A stretch of DNA of 51,091 bases, from IMG/VR virus record IMGVR_UViG_3300048855_000061, positions 1 through 51,091 of that record. The stretch is one strand, 5' to 3'. The notes below the pieces were generated by a model that had not been told where the DNA came from, ran no database searches, and was given only the letters and a program-made list of their open reading frames with translations. This document shows positions 8,136-15,754 of this stretch, piece by piece. The stretch's first letter is position 1; each line of letters starts with the position of its first letter. This DNA is from a virus. Its lineage: Duplodnaviria > Caudoviricetes. The translations under genes and the position numbers were made by a program.

Positions 8136-8487
8136 TCGCTGGTTCACAAGGCCTCCCTACGTGAACCTTGCTTGCCGGCGCCGCCTGATGCGGTAGGCCG
8201 GGGATCTGTCGTTTACATGGCTGCAAATCCTCCGTGTTGAGTGACGACTGCAGGGATGTGCTGTGCAGTCGGAGCAGGGGGCCGCATTCGCGGTGTGGAC
8301 TCGTCCGCATCGGGCTACGATCTTCGAGGGCGAGCCCTCAACCTGCCGGATTTGATGCCCCGCGCTGGGCTGGCAGGTAACCGGTATGCACGTTCCGGCA
8401 AGATCGCACCCCGATGCACCCTGGTCAGCGTTCAAACGTTCCAGGGGTTCGGGCAGTTTCCGTCAGGCTGACGCTGGCGCTGGTTGT

Positions 8488-8895
8488 CTATCGAAACCGA
8501 GATTCCATTTCCTGATGTGATGCCTGAAGCTCGCTGATCAGTTGCAGCCTGTCCGCTCCGGAGAGCTGTCCAGCTGCGTAAAACAGGACCTCCTTCAAGG
8601 ATCCCTCATGAACGAGCAACGGGCAGCCGTCCTGCTCAATGCATAACTCAACCGTGCCTGAAGCCTCGTTTAAGCCACTGTCGGCAGGCTCCCCTATACC
8701 GATGCGTCCACCGCCCGGCCTCTCAATTGTTTTGAGCATCTCGCGTTGCAGTTCGCCGATCGCCCAGGCCGATGCCATGATTGCCAGATCGCGGCAGCTT
8801 GCGTTTTCGGTTGAGAAGCCGGTCACCACAATCATTTCTTTTTGGACAATTACCTGGCCAGGCCAAGTGATTCGCATCGCATCACTGGTTTGCAT
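8488..8895 (-). CDS. Hypothetical protein, first gene after pL
   Basis: GGAG site before ATG 8895; 135 aa. Confidence 0.65.
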   Translation of the reverse strand: MQTSDAMRITWPGQVIVQKEMIVVTGFSTENASCRDLAIMASAWAIGELQREMLKTIERPGGGRIGIGEPADSGLNEASGTVELCIEQDGCPLLVHEGSLKEVLFYAAGQLSGADRLQLISELQASHQEMESRFR

Positions 8896-8918
8896 GGGTC
8901 GCTCCGTTGATTTCCCGT

Positions 8919-8976
8919 CTGGCCCTGTCGCCAAGGCCAGCCAGTGAAATCGGTATGTCCGTTCTGCTTAAAGAGC
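8919..8976 (-). promoter_or_regulatory. nut-like site: boxA plus GNRA-capped hairpin
   Basis: Minus strand GCTCTTTAA (8976-8968) then CTGGCCTTG-GCGA-CAGGGCCAG (8940-8919), about 100-160 nt after pL. Confidence 0.55.
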
Positions 8977-9086
8977 TTTGATCCAGTCGATCCCTTGTCG
9001 GGGCTGGGAGACCACTTCGCTGGTCCCTGGCTTTCTGGCGGCTTCACCAGTCGTGACTTGCTGCGGTTTGTCGCTGCGATGGATCA

Positions 9087-9128
9087 AATATAGGGCAGCC
9101 TTTATTTGTAGTCAACAGGTATGCCTTT
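9087..9128 (-). promoter_or_regulatory. pL promoter with two OL operators
   Basis: TTGACT (9115-9110)-17 nt-TATATT (9092-9087); operators ATAGG-GCAG-CCTTT (9090-9103) and ACAGG-TATG-CCTTT (9115-9128) match the OR sites. Confidence 0.85.
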
Positions 9129-9186
9129 AATTTGTTGGTTTGGCTAAAAGGCCCGTGCAGTGGCGGGCCCCTTCAGATAGGAGTTT

Positions 9187-9438
9187 TTAATCTTCTTTGG
9201 GCACGGTCCAGAAAACCTGCACGTTGCCGTCGTCCCGATGGGCGATGGTCACGTTGTCGTTTTCAGAGATTTCTTCCAGGAGCTGATCCCAATCCTCAGG
9301 CCGGTCGCTGGGGAAGCGCTCTAGGAGCGCAGACCGTTCTTTCTGAGCTTTGGGGGAATTGATAACCGCCTGCACCCGTATGCCCAGCGTGCCGTAGGTG
9401 GTCTGTGATGCAGGGGGAATCGAGTTTGCCTTTGCCAT
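9187..9438 (-). CDS. DUF1654-like small protein
   Basis: RVQAVINSPKAQKER...WDQLLEEISENDNVTIAHRDDGNVQVFW; GGAGGT site; SOS box upstream. Confidence 0.8.
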   Translation of the reverse strand: MAKANSIPPASQTTYGTLGIRVQAVINSPKAQKERSALLERFPSDRPEDWDQLLEEISENDNVTIAHRDDGNVQVFWTVPKED

Positions 9439-9452
9439 CGTGTACCTCCATT

Positions 9453-9472
9453 TACTGTATGGACGCACAGTA
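9453..9472. promoter_or_regulatory. LexA (SOS) box
   Basis: TACTGTATGGACGCACAGTA fits CTGT-N8-ACAG. Confidence 0.85.
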
Positions 9473-9535
9473 TTTTATCGTAGGAAACTTCGCAATAGTC
9501 TGGAGTACAGATGTTCTCTTTTGGCGCCCGCCCAT

Positions 9536-9562
9536 AAAAAAGCCCGCGCTGTGCGGGCTGTT
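9536..9562 (-). terminator. Terminator ending the cI operon
   Basis: AAAAAAGCCCGC-GCTGT-GCGGGCT; T tract on the minus strand. Confidence 0.75.
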
Positions 9563-9582
9563 ATCTGGCGCGGTAGCAGGCG

Positions 9583-10347
9583 CTATGCGGCTTCGAGCGC
9601 CTCGTATAGATGGTCCTCATTACCGTCGAAGACAATGATGGAAGACGTTTCGGCCAGCGCGACCATAGCTTGCTGCGTCGATTCATCTTCTCCGAGTTGG
9701 AGGATCACGGTCCTCCGGGTGGAGTCGCCGGAGTTTTTCAGATCACCCATTTTGCCCACCGCACCGTAGATGCTGGCCCAGTTGGGTTTCCCTGCGGATC
9801 CGGCCGAGATAGTTTGAATGACCATTTGCCGGGCAGTGCCCGGGTTAAGGATGAAAGGGAACGTCAGCTGGTGCCCACTTGCCCCCGATAGCGCTCCATC
9901 CCTTCGCAGTCGATCCTTAAAACGCCGGGCAAGTATACTGCCGACTTTGCGCTGAAACTTAGGCACCTCGACCACCAGCATATCGCCGCAAGCGTCGCCG
10001 ATTCTCGATGCTGCCTCTATGAATCTGGCGAACTGGAAAACGGTTTCACTCTCAGAACACACAGCATGAAGTTCGCCATTCTCTGAAAGCGAAAGTCCGC
10101 TTCTTCGGGCGATTTCCTCAAATTTCTTGGCTCGCCGCTGATCCGGAGCAATTCCATGGGTCATCGCTGTGAAGAGAATGTCCGAGTTGTCGGTGATCCG
10201 GACCAGTCCTCGGCCAAGGTCCTGAACAAACGCACCTATGGCCATCCCGTCGAAAGACAGAGATATCGGCGATTGGATATAGGTCAGGCCATCGCTGATT
10301 TGTCGGCATTGAAAGCCAAGCTGCCTGCTGATGTCTGCACAATTCAT
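9583..10347 (-). CDS. DUF1828/DUF1829-like protein
   Basis: IQSPISLSFDGMAIGAFVQ..VRITDNS N-terminus and LSGASGHQLTFPFIL C-terminal region; ATGA-coupled to the upstream gene. Confidence 0.7.
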   Translation of the reverse strand: MNCADISRQLGFQCRQISDGLTYIQSPISLSFDGMAIGAFVQDLGRGLVRITDNSDILFTAMTHGIAPDQRRAKKFEEIARRSGLSLSENGELHAVCSESETVFQFARFIEAASRIGDACGDMLVVEVPKFQRKVGSILARRFKDRLRRDGALSGASGHQLTFPFILNPGTARQMVIQTISAGSAGKPNWASIYGAVGKMGDLKNSGDSTRRTVILQLGEDESTQQAMVALAETSSIIVFDGNEDHLYEALEAA

Positions 10348-10868
10348 AGTAATTCCATTTGCCCGCTTCCGTCCTGCGGCTTCCGAGGTGGCAGCGCGAA
10401 GGGAGGTGCCTTGTCGATATTGGCACGCGTAAGAAACATGCGCCACAACCCCTGAACATCGATCCGCTCAATGGGCTCTGCATACTCAGACGAACTGTCA
10501 GGAACAGGCACATGCAAGTGAGGGTGGTCCGCATTCATTCCGTAAAATGGCATCCCCTTTCCAACAGTGTTGATGTGAGCACTCGGCCCGTTCTCATCGA
10601 GTGCCAGCACTCGCGCCCGACCAGTGACGAAGGTCATCGAAACCTTGTCAGGCACTCCAGGCAGGTCGCTGTATTTGAAAAAAAGGTCTACGAAGTATCC
10701 TTCTTGCACCACGCCGTTTATGGACAGAGGGGCCCGACATTTATAGGACGCAGGAAATCCCTTTCCTCCCTGACCCTTCCATAGGATCCGGCTGGCGCCC
10801 GCCCATACCTTGGGCGATGCGATAGAAAGCAAGGCGTCAGAATAAGGAATTTGGCCGGCTTGGGCCAT
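10344..10868 (-). CDS. Hypothetical protein with HxN/HPHxH motif, partner of the DUF1828-like gene
   Basis: GGGAGAG site before ATG 10868; ALDENGPSAHIN...HPHLH...FLTRANI. Confidence 0.75.
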   Translation of the reverse strand: MAQAGQIPYSDALLSIASPKVWAGASRILWKGQGGKGFPASYKCRAPLSINGVVQEGYFVDLFFKYSDLPGVPDKVSMTFVTGRARVLALDENGPSAHINTVGKGMPFYGMNADHPHLHVPVPDSSSEYAEPIERIDVQGLWRMFLTRANIDKAPPFALPPRKPQDGSGQMELL

Positions 10869-10914
10869 TTGACTCTCCCTGGAATTATTCGTCCAAATTG
10901 GTGGCGTCAGCGGT

Positions 10915-11562
10915 TCAGATCCGTCCGAGAACTTTGCTTGGCCCCAAGATCGCACCGACGTAGTGGATGGTCTCGATCTCAGTCCAAGGTATCGTCCGGC
11001 GCTCGTAGGCAGCATTGATCGACATCAGGCTCACACCTGTATCGTTCTGGAAGAGCAATTCCTTAACCATGCTTTGGCCGTCGGTCGTCGTGACCATCAC
11101 GTATTCGCCAGGAACGAGCCTGTGGTTGGGCTCACATACAGCAACCCACCCGCTGCGAATGGCTGGTGCCATGGAGTCACCGCGGAGGAGCAGGGCGTAG
11201 GCGTCCGTGTCGCGCGACCAAGTCTCGACCCACCCTCCAGCATCATCCAAACCGACCCAGTGGCCGTCCGGGCCCATCTGCGCCGTTCCGACAATGTCAA
11301 TTTGTCTAGCCGGCGAAACGATTGGGGGGCCGGGGACTACGTTGGATTCGTCTCCGGCGCTCATTGAACCTACGCCTTCCGAAAGCCATAGCGGGCTCAC
11401 ACCGAGAATGGTGGCGAGCTTCACAAGGTATCCGCTTGTTCGGGTGAGGCCGCGCTCGATCTCAGATATCGAGGCCTGTTTTATACCTGCCCGCTCCGCC
11501 AGCTCTGACTGGGTCATGTGGGCATGTTTACGTGCTTGCTTGAGACGATCTTTAAGTTCCAT
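10915..11562 (-). CDS. cI: CI-like repressor (HTH plus S24 autopeptidase)
   Basis: HTH MTQSELAERAGIKQASISEIERG; S24 catalytic GDSM and VKEL; divergent from cro. Confidence 0.95.
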   Translation of the reverse strand: MELKDRLKQARKHAHMTQSELAERAGIKQASISEIERGLTRTSGYLVKLATILGVSPLWLSEGVGSMSAGDESNVVPGPPIVSPARQIDIVGTAQMGPDGHWVGLDDAGGWVETWSRDTDAYALLLRGDSMAPAIRSGWVAVCEPNHRLVPGEYVMVTTTDGQSMVKELLFQNDTGVSLMSINAAYERRTIPWTEIETIHYVGAILGPSKVLGRI

Positions 11563-11569
11563 GCACGCG

Positions 11570-11636
11570 ACGATAAAGGCCAGCCTTTCTTCTTGCAAAA
11601 AGGTGTTCCTTTCCCCTAGCATACAGGCATCCCTTT
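11570..11636. promoter_or_regulatory. OR region: three operators, pR and pRM
   Basis: AAAGG-CCAG-CCTTT (11575), AAAGG-TGTT-CCTTT (11599), ACAGG-CATC-CCTTT (11623) at a 24-bp period; pR TTGCAA-18-TAGCAT; pRM TTGCAA-17-TATCGT on the minus strand. Confidence 0.85.
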
Positions 11637-11652
11637 ATTTGGGCGGAGAGTC

Positions 11653-11862
11653 ATGAAAAATCCATTTGAAAAACTGGTCGAGCACTTCGGATCGCAAAAC
11701 GCGACTGCCACTGCTCTTGGCGTCAAGCAGGGGACGGTGAGCGGTTGGGTCCGAGGTGTTCACGGAATGGCTGCAGAGGTGGCTATGCGCGCGGAGATCG
11801 TCACTAAAGGGGAAATCAAAGCCCGCGACCTCCGCCCATCGATTCCCGGTCATGCCGCGTAA
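11653..11862 (+). CDS. cro: Cro-like repressor
   Basis: 69 aa HTH (GSQNATATALGVKQGTVSGW...DLRP); divergent from cI. Confidence 0.92.
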   Translation: MKNPFEKLVEHFGSQNATATALGVKQGTVSGWVRGVHGMAAEVAMRAEIVTKGEIKARDLRPSIPGHAA

Positions 11863-11937
11863 CGCAGCAAAGCTCTGAGAAACATTTTGCAACGCGTGAT
11901 GGCACGCAGCCACTGAAACAAATTTGAGGGTTTACGA

Positions 11938-12360
11938 ATGGAAGATTTCTTGCGGGCTTGCCACACGACTGTGAAGGAAAGCGGCGCTGAAGAGCTGGCC
12001 GGAAAGATGTGCCTGGCCCACGTGAGCCTGCTGCAGCGCTCCAACCCGGACAACGCAGCTCACCACCTCACCATCGAGCACCTGTTCGGGATTTTGCTGC
12101 ACACCCAGGACATGCGCCCGCTGCTGGCGCTGGCCGCTGGTTTCAACTTCGACCTTGTGGCGAAGGATCAGCCTGTAGCCATCGATGTGCACCAGGCACT
12201 GGGCAACGTTGCTCTGGAAATCTCCGAAGTAACCGTTGAGACGCACCGCGCCATGGCGGACGGCCGCGTTGATCAGATCGAGCGTGCGCGAATCATGCGC
12301 GAAATCGTTGAGGCGGAAAAAGCGCTGGACGTTCTCAAGGCATCACTCAAGGCAGCCTAA
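11938..12360 (+). CDS. Phage CII-like regulatory protein
   Basis: Follows cro; NPDNAAHHLTIE and ADGRVDQIERARI motifs. Confidence 0.8.
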   Translation: MEDFLRACHTTVKESGAEELAGKMCLAHVSLLQRSNPDNAAHHLTIEHLFGILLHTQDMRPLLALAAGFNFDLVAKDQPVAIDVHQALGNVALEISEVTVETHRAMADGRVDQIERARIMREIVEAEKALDVLKASLKAA

Positions 12361-12371
12361 ATCGCAGGCAA

Positions 12372-12401
12372 TAAAAAAGCCGGTGGCTAGACCGGCTTCT
12401 T
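12372..12401. terminator. Hairpin/terminator before the antirepressor gene
   Basis: AAAAAAGCCGGT-GGCTAG-ACCGGCTTCTT. Confidence 0.6.
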
Positions 12402-12425
12402 CAACAACACTTGTGAGGTCCGATT

Positions 12426-13169
12426 ATGCACACCACGAACCCCCAGAGCAATACCCGCACTGATGCGTCAGTTTCTCCAATCACGCCGAACATGACGCGT
12501 CAGTTCATGTCGTCTCGCGAGATCGCCGCCCTTACAGGAAAGCGACACCCAGACGTGAAGCGCGACGTTCAGACCATGGCCGCAGACCTCAAAGAAGATG
12601 TGAGCAAATTTGCGCGCATCTATTTGGACGGAATGAACCGCAAGCAAACTGAGTACCTGCTTGACCGTGAGCACACCGATTGCCTGCTCACCGGTTACAG
12701 CGCGCCTCTTCGCATGGCGGTTGTTCGGCGCTGGCGTGAGCTGGAAGAGCAGGCCGCCCCAAGAATTCCTGCGAACTTCGCCGAGGCGCTTCAGCTCGCC
12801 GCCGACCAAGCCAAAGAAACCCAGCGCCTTATAGGCGTGCTCGAACTCCAAGCCCCAAAGGTCGCAGCCATCAATCGCCTTGCGGCTGCTGGCGGTTCGA
12901 TCTGCATCAGCGATGCCGCCAAAAACCTCCAGATCTCGCCAACCCAACTTTTTGCTTGGCTTGAAGCCCATCGCTGGATATTCCATCGCGGCGGCTCCAA
13001 GCGTTGGACTGCCTATCAGCCTCAGATCACCAAGGGCTTCATGGTGCACAAGGTTACCGAGCTGAAACCTGACGCCGAGACTGGTGCAGAGCGCGCCGCG
13101 TACCAACCCCTGATCACCCCAAAAGGCCTGGCATATCTGGCCGAAAAGAACATTGGAGCCGCGCTGTGA
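12426..13169 (+). CDS. Rha-domain / KilA-C antirepressor
   Basis: MSSREIAALTGKRHPDVKRD N-terminus; PANFAEALQLAAD, APKV and ITPKGLAYL C-terminus. Confidence 0.9.
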   Translation: MHTTNPQSNTRTDASVSPITPNMTRQFMSSREIAALTGKRHPDVKRDVQTMAADLKEDVSKFARIYLDGMNRKQTEYLLDREHTDCLLTGYSAPLRMAVVRRWRELEEQAAPRIPANFAEALQLAADQAKETQRLIGVLELQAPKVAAINRLAAAGGSICISDAAKNLQISPTQLFAWLEAHRWIFHRGGSKRWTAYQPQITKGFMVHKVTELKPDAETGAERAAYQPLITPKGLAYLAEKNIGAAL

Positions 13170-13957
13170 GCGTTCAAGCAATGTCATGGGCTCTCGCACT
13201 GCCGAAGGCTTCCCTCGAAAATCCCGCTGCTCGTCACGTTCTGCTGTGCCTTGCCAACTACGCCGGCAGTGACGGCCGTGGTGCTTTTCCCTCTGCACTG
13301 ACCCTGTCGGCAGACACCGGCCTTTCTGAGCGCACTGTCCGCCTCAAGCTGGATGAACTGGAGCAGGCCGGCTTTATCTCCGAAGGCAATCAAGCAATTG
13401 CCGCTGCCTACATTGACCGTCGTGACCGACGCCCCGTGGTGTATGACCTTCAACTTAAGCGGGGTGCAAATGCTGCACCCCGTAAAGAACGGGGTGCAGA
13501 TGACCGCACGGGGTGCAGCTCACAGCAGAACGGGGTGCAGGAAAACGCAGAACGGGGTGCAGCAGCTGCACCCAATACATCACTTAACCATCAATTAACC
13601 GAAGAGCAGCAGCTGCAGCGCGATTTGGAAGATGTCCTTGCCGAGCAGGACCGAGCTGCCGCCGAGTGCCCAGCGCCAAACCAGCGCTTCGCCATGTTTG
13701 CCGCGTGGGAGCCAAACGCCAAAGCCTTGGCCGACCAGATCGCAATCGCCGGCATCCCCGCCGACTCAGTGCCGGATGCGGCAGTTCGATCGTTCAAGGG
13801 TTTCTATGCTGCCCGGCCTGGCACCGTCGATTCGGCGCATGGCTGGTGCTACCGACTGGTGCAGTGGGTCAAGCGTGAGCGAGTCAAGGCTGCTGGCCAA
13901 GGTCAGGCACCGGATTTCGACGACACCAGTTGGGCTGAAAACATGGGAGGTCTGTGA
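13166..13957 (+). CDS. Replication initiator (O-like; HTH plus DnaT-like C-terminus)
   Basis: VLLCLANYA..AFPSALTLSADTGLSERTV; internal iteron repeats. Confidence 0.88.
   Translation: MSVQAMSWALALPKASLENPAARHVLLCLANYAGSDGRGAFPSALTLSADTGLSERTVRLKLDELEQAGFISEGNQAIAAAYIDRRDRRPVVYDLQLKRGANAAPRKERGADDRTGCSSQQNGVQENAERGAAAAPNTSLNHQLTEEQQLQRDLEDVLAEQDRAAAECPAPNQRFAMFAAWEPNAKALADQIAIAGIPADSVPDAAVRSFKGFYAARPGTVDSAHGWCYRLVQWVKRERVKAAGQGQAPDFDDTSWAENMGGL
13460..13573. repeat. Replication origin iterons CGGGGTGCA
   Basis: Direct copies at 13460, 13490, 13509, 13531 and 13553; inverted copies near 13474 and 13567; inside the initiator gene as in lambda O. Confidence 0.85.
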
Positions 13958-14613
13958 TGAAGTCCGTCGCGAGCATCATGCAGCAACTGCCGAACGTCCC
14001 ATCCACCGAAGCCGCGCCGCTCAAGATCGATTCCGGCACGGTCCAAGTGATCAACCAGCTGTTCCGTGAGCTGATGGCGATCTTTCCAGGATGGAAGCAG
14101 GCCTGGCCTGACAACGCGGCCATCGGCGCGGCCAAGGCAAGTTGGACCAAGGCTTTCATGGCCGAGAAGTTTAGCCGCATCGAGCAAATCCGCTTCGGCA
14201 TCGAAGAGTGCCGCAAGCTGGGTGTGGACTTCCCGCCGAGCTCGGGCAAGTTCATCAGGCTCTGCCAGCCCATCCCCGAAATGCTGGGTATCCCATCGCT
14301 GGAAAGGGCATTCCGCGAGGCCTGCCGTAACGCTCACCCGTCAATGGCCGGCCAGGCGAAGTGGTCGCACCAAGCGGTCTGGCACACAGCCAAAGAGTGC
14401 GGCTTTGAACCGCTCAACCGCCTCGAAACATCGCTCGCCATGAAGCTGTTCGAGCGCAACTACGTCATCACCTGCCGCCGAATGATCGAGGGTCTGCCAT
14501 TGCAGAAGATGCCCTTGGCGCTGCCGGCCCGCGCCGAAGCCCGGCGCACTCCCGATATCGGAAACAAGGCCTTGGCCGAACTGCGCGCCCGCCGCGCCGG
14601 AGCATCAGCATGA
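13954..14613 (+). CDS. Replication protein P-like helicase loader
   Basis: INQLFRELMAIFPGWKQA, WTKAF and FPPSSGKFIRLC motifs; follows the O-like gene. Confidence 0.88.
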   Translation: MMKSVASIMQQLPNVPSTEAAPLKIDSGTVQVINQLFRELMAIFPGWKQAWPDNAAIGAAKASWTKAFMAEKFSRIEQIRFGIEECRKLGVDFPPSSGKFIRLCQPIPEMLGIPSLERAFREACRNAHPSMAGQAKWSHQAVWHTAKECGFEPLNRLETSLAMKLFERNYVITCRRMIEGLPLQKMPLALPARAEARRTPDIGNKALAELRARRAGASA

Positions 14614-14810
14614 GCGACACCAGACTTGCCGCACCTGATCCCGCGGCGTTCCGGTACGCGGTCTACGCGTGCTCTTCAAAGATTGACCTGTCGATTCCGC
14701 CAGATCCTGCGATTGCGTTGTTCGATCACAAGGGCATTGCCGAGTCGTTTGGACGGTTGATGTGGCCCAGCACCTTTGAAGTCGTTGATCTGATGGAGAC
14801 CGCCCGATGA
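14610..14810 (+). CDS. Hypothetical phage protein
   Basis: ATGA-coupled at both ends. Confidence 0.7.
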   Translation: MSDTRLAAPDPAAFRYAVYACSSKIDLSIPPDPAIALFDHKGIAESFGRLMWPSTFEVVDLMETAR

Positions 14811-14920
14811 GAACGATCAAGGCTTTCGCCAATGTCGCCCGGTGCTTCATCGCTTTCATGGGGGCCAGCTACGACGGGTCTGTTCCTCCGGTTGAATCTC
14901 AGTTCGGGGCGTGGATTTGA
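14807..14920 (+). CDS. 37-aa coupled small ORF (not in the ORF track)
   Basis: MRTIKAFANV...GAWI; start overlaps the upstream stop and its stop overlaps the next ATG. Confidence 0.55.
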   Translation: MRTIKAFANVARCFIAFMGASYDGSVPPVESQFGAWI

Positions 14921-15225
14921 TGACCAAGCAGACGAAGTTCACCAAGGCCGCGCGCGGTCGCGATTGCCAGATCCGTGTGCCGGGCGTGTGCAACGGCAAC
15001 CCGGAAACCACGGTGCTGGCTCACCTGCGCATGGCCGGCACTCGCTGCGGCACTGGCCTAAAACCGCATGATCTGCAGGCCGCCTGGGCGTGCTCTGCCT
15101 GTCACGACGCCGTCGACGCGCGCCGTAAGACTGAGTTCAGCCGCGAAGAACTCCGCACGATGCACATGGAAGGCATGGTGCGGACCATCGACATTCTGGT
15201 GAGCGAAGGCAAGGTGGCGGCGTGA
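14920..15225 (+). CDS. DUF1364/YbcO-like putative nuclease
   Basis: ARGRDCQIRVPGVCNGNPETTVLAH..KPHDLQAAWACSACHD. Confidence 0.9.
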   Translation: MTKQTKFTKAARGRDCQIRVPGVCNGNPETTVLAHLRMAGTRCGTGLKPHDLQAAWACSACHDAVDARRKTEFSREELRTMHMEGMVRTIDILVSEGKVAA

Positions 15226-15341
15226 TCACAACTTGGAACCAACTCAAAGCCCTCCTAAATAACTCCACGGTGCTCCGCGCCGGCCGGGACGGTTTCGTTT
15301 TCATCCCGGCCCGCGGCTCAGCTAAAGGCGCTGGCAAATGA
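15222..15341 (+). CDS. 39-aa coupled small ORF (not in the ORF track)
   Basis: GTG start overlaps the upstream TGA; TGA overlaps ATG 15338. Confidence 0.5.
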   Translation: MITTWNQLKALLNNSTVLRAGRDGFVFIPARGSAKGAGK

Positions 15342-15754
15342 AACTCTTCCAACCACGAACCAGCCGCGCCAAGCCAGTTGACCGCGAAGGCCTGGAGCAG
15401 GCCGCACTGATCAAGGAACTCGAACTGTGCCTGCCGGCCGTGGCCGCTTTGATCTACCACGTCCCCAATGGTGGGCATCGCCACAAGCTCGTCGCCATCA
15501 AGCTAAAGGGGCAGGGCGTCAAAGCGGGCGTGCCCGATTTGGTGCTACCGATGGCGCGCGGCGGCTATTTCGGGCTGTACCTCGAATTCAAGGCGACTGC
15601 GCCGAACGATGCGGCGGTCTCGGCTAGCCAGCACGCCTGGATTCGCCGGCTCAATGATCAGGGCTATCTGGCGATCGTGTGCCGGGGCCACTTCGATGCG
15701 ATGGAGCAGATCCGCGCTTACCTCCGACTCGCTCCGACAGTGGTGGCTGCATGA
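15338..15754 (+). CDS. VRR-NUC domain nuclease / Holliday junction resolvase-like
   Basis: HVPNGG, GVKAGVPDL, LYLEFK and SASQHAW motifs. Confidence 0.9.
   Translation: MKLFQPRTSRAKPVDREGLEQAALIKELELCLPAVAALIYHVPNGGHRHKLVAIKLKGQGVKAGVPDLVLPMARGGYFGLYLEFKATAPNDAAVSASQHAWIRRLNDQGYLAIVCRGHFDAMEQIRAYLRLAPTVVAA

Noticed and set aside
8157-8435. N-like antiterminator ORF because of RIRRRRQAR
   Set aside because: No good start in that frame, the Arg run is at the extreme C-terminus, and the region is better explained as structured RNA.
13460-13573. CRISPR-like repeat array
   Set aside because: Repeats are 9 bp with short irregular gaps inside the initiator gene, as expected for iterons; no cas genes.
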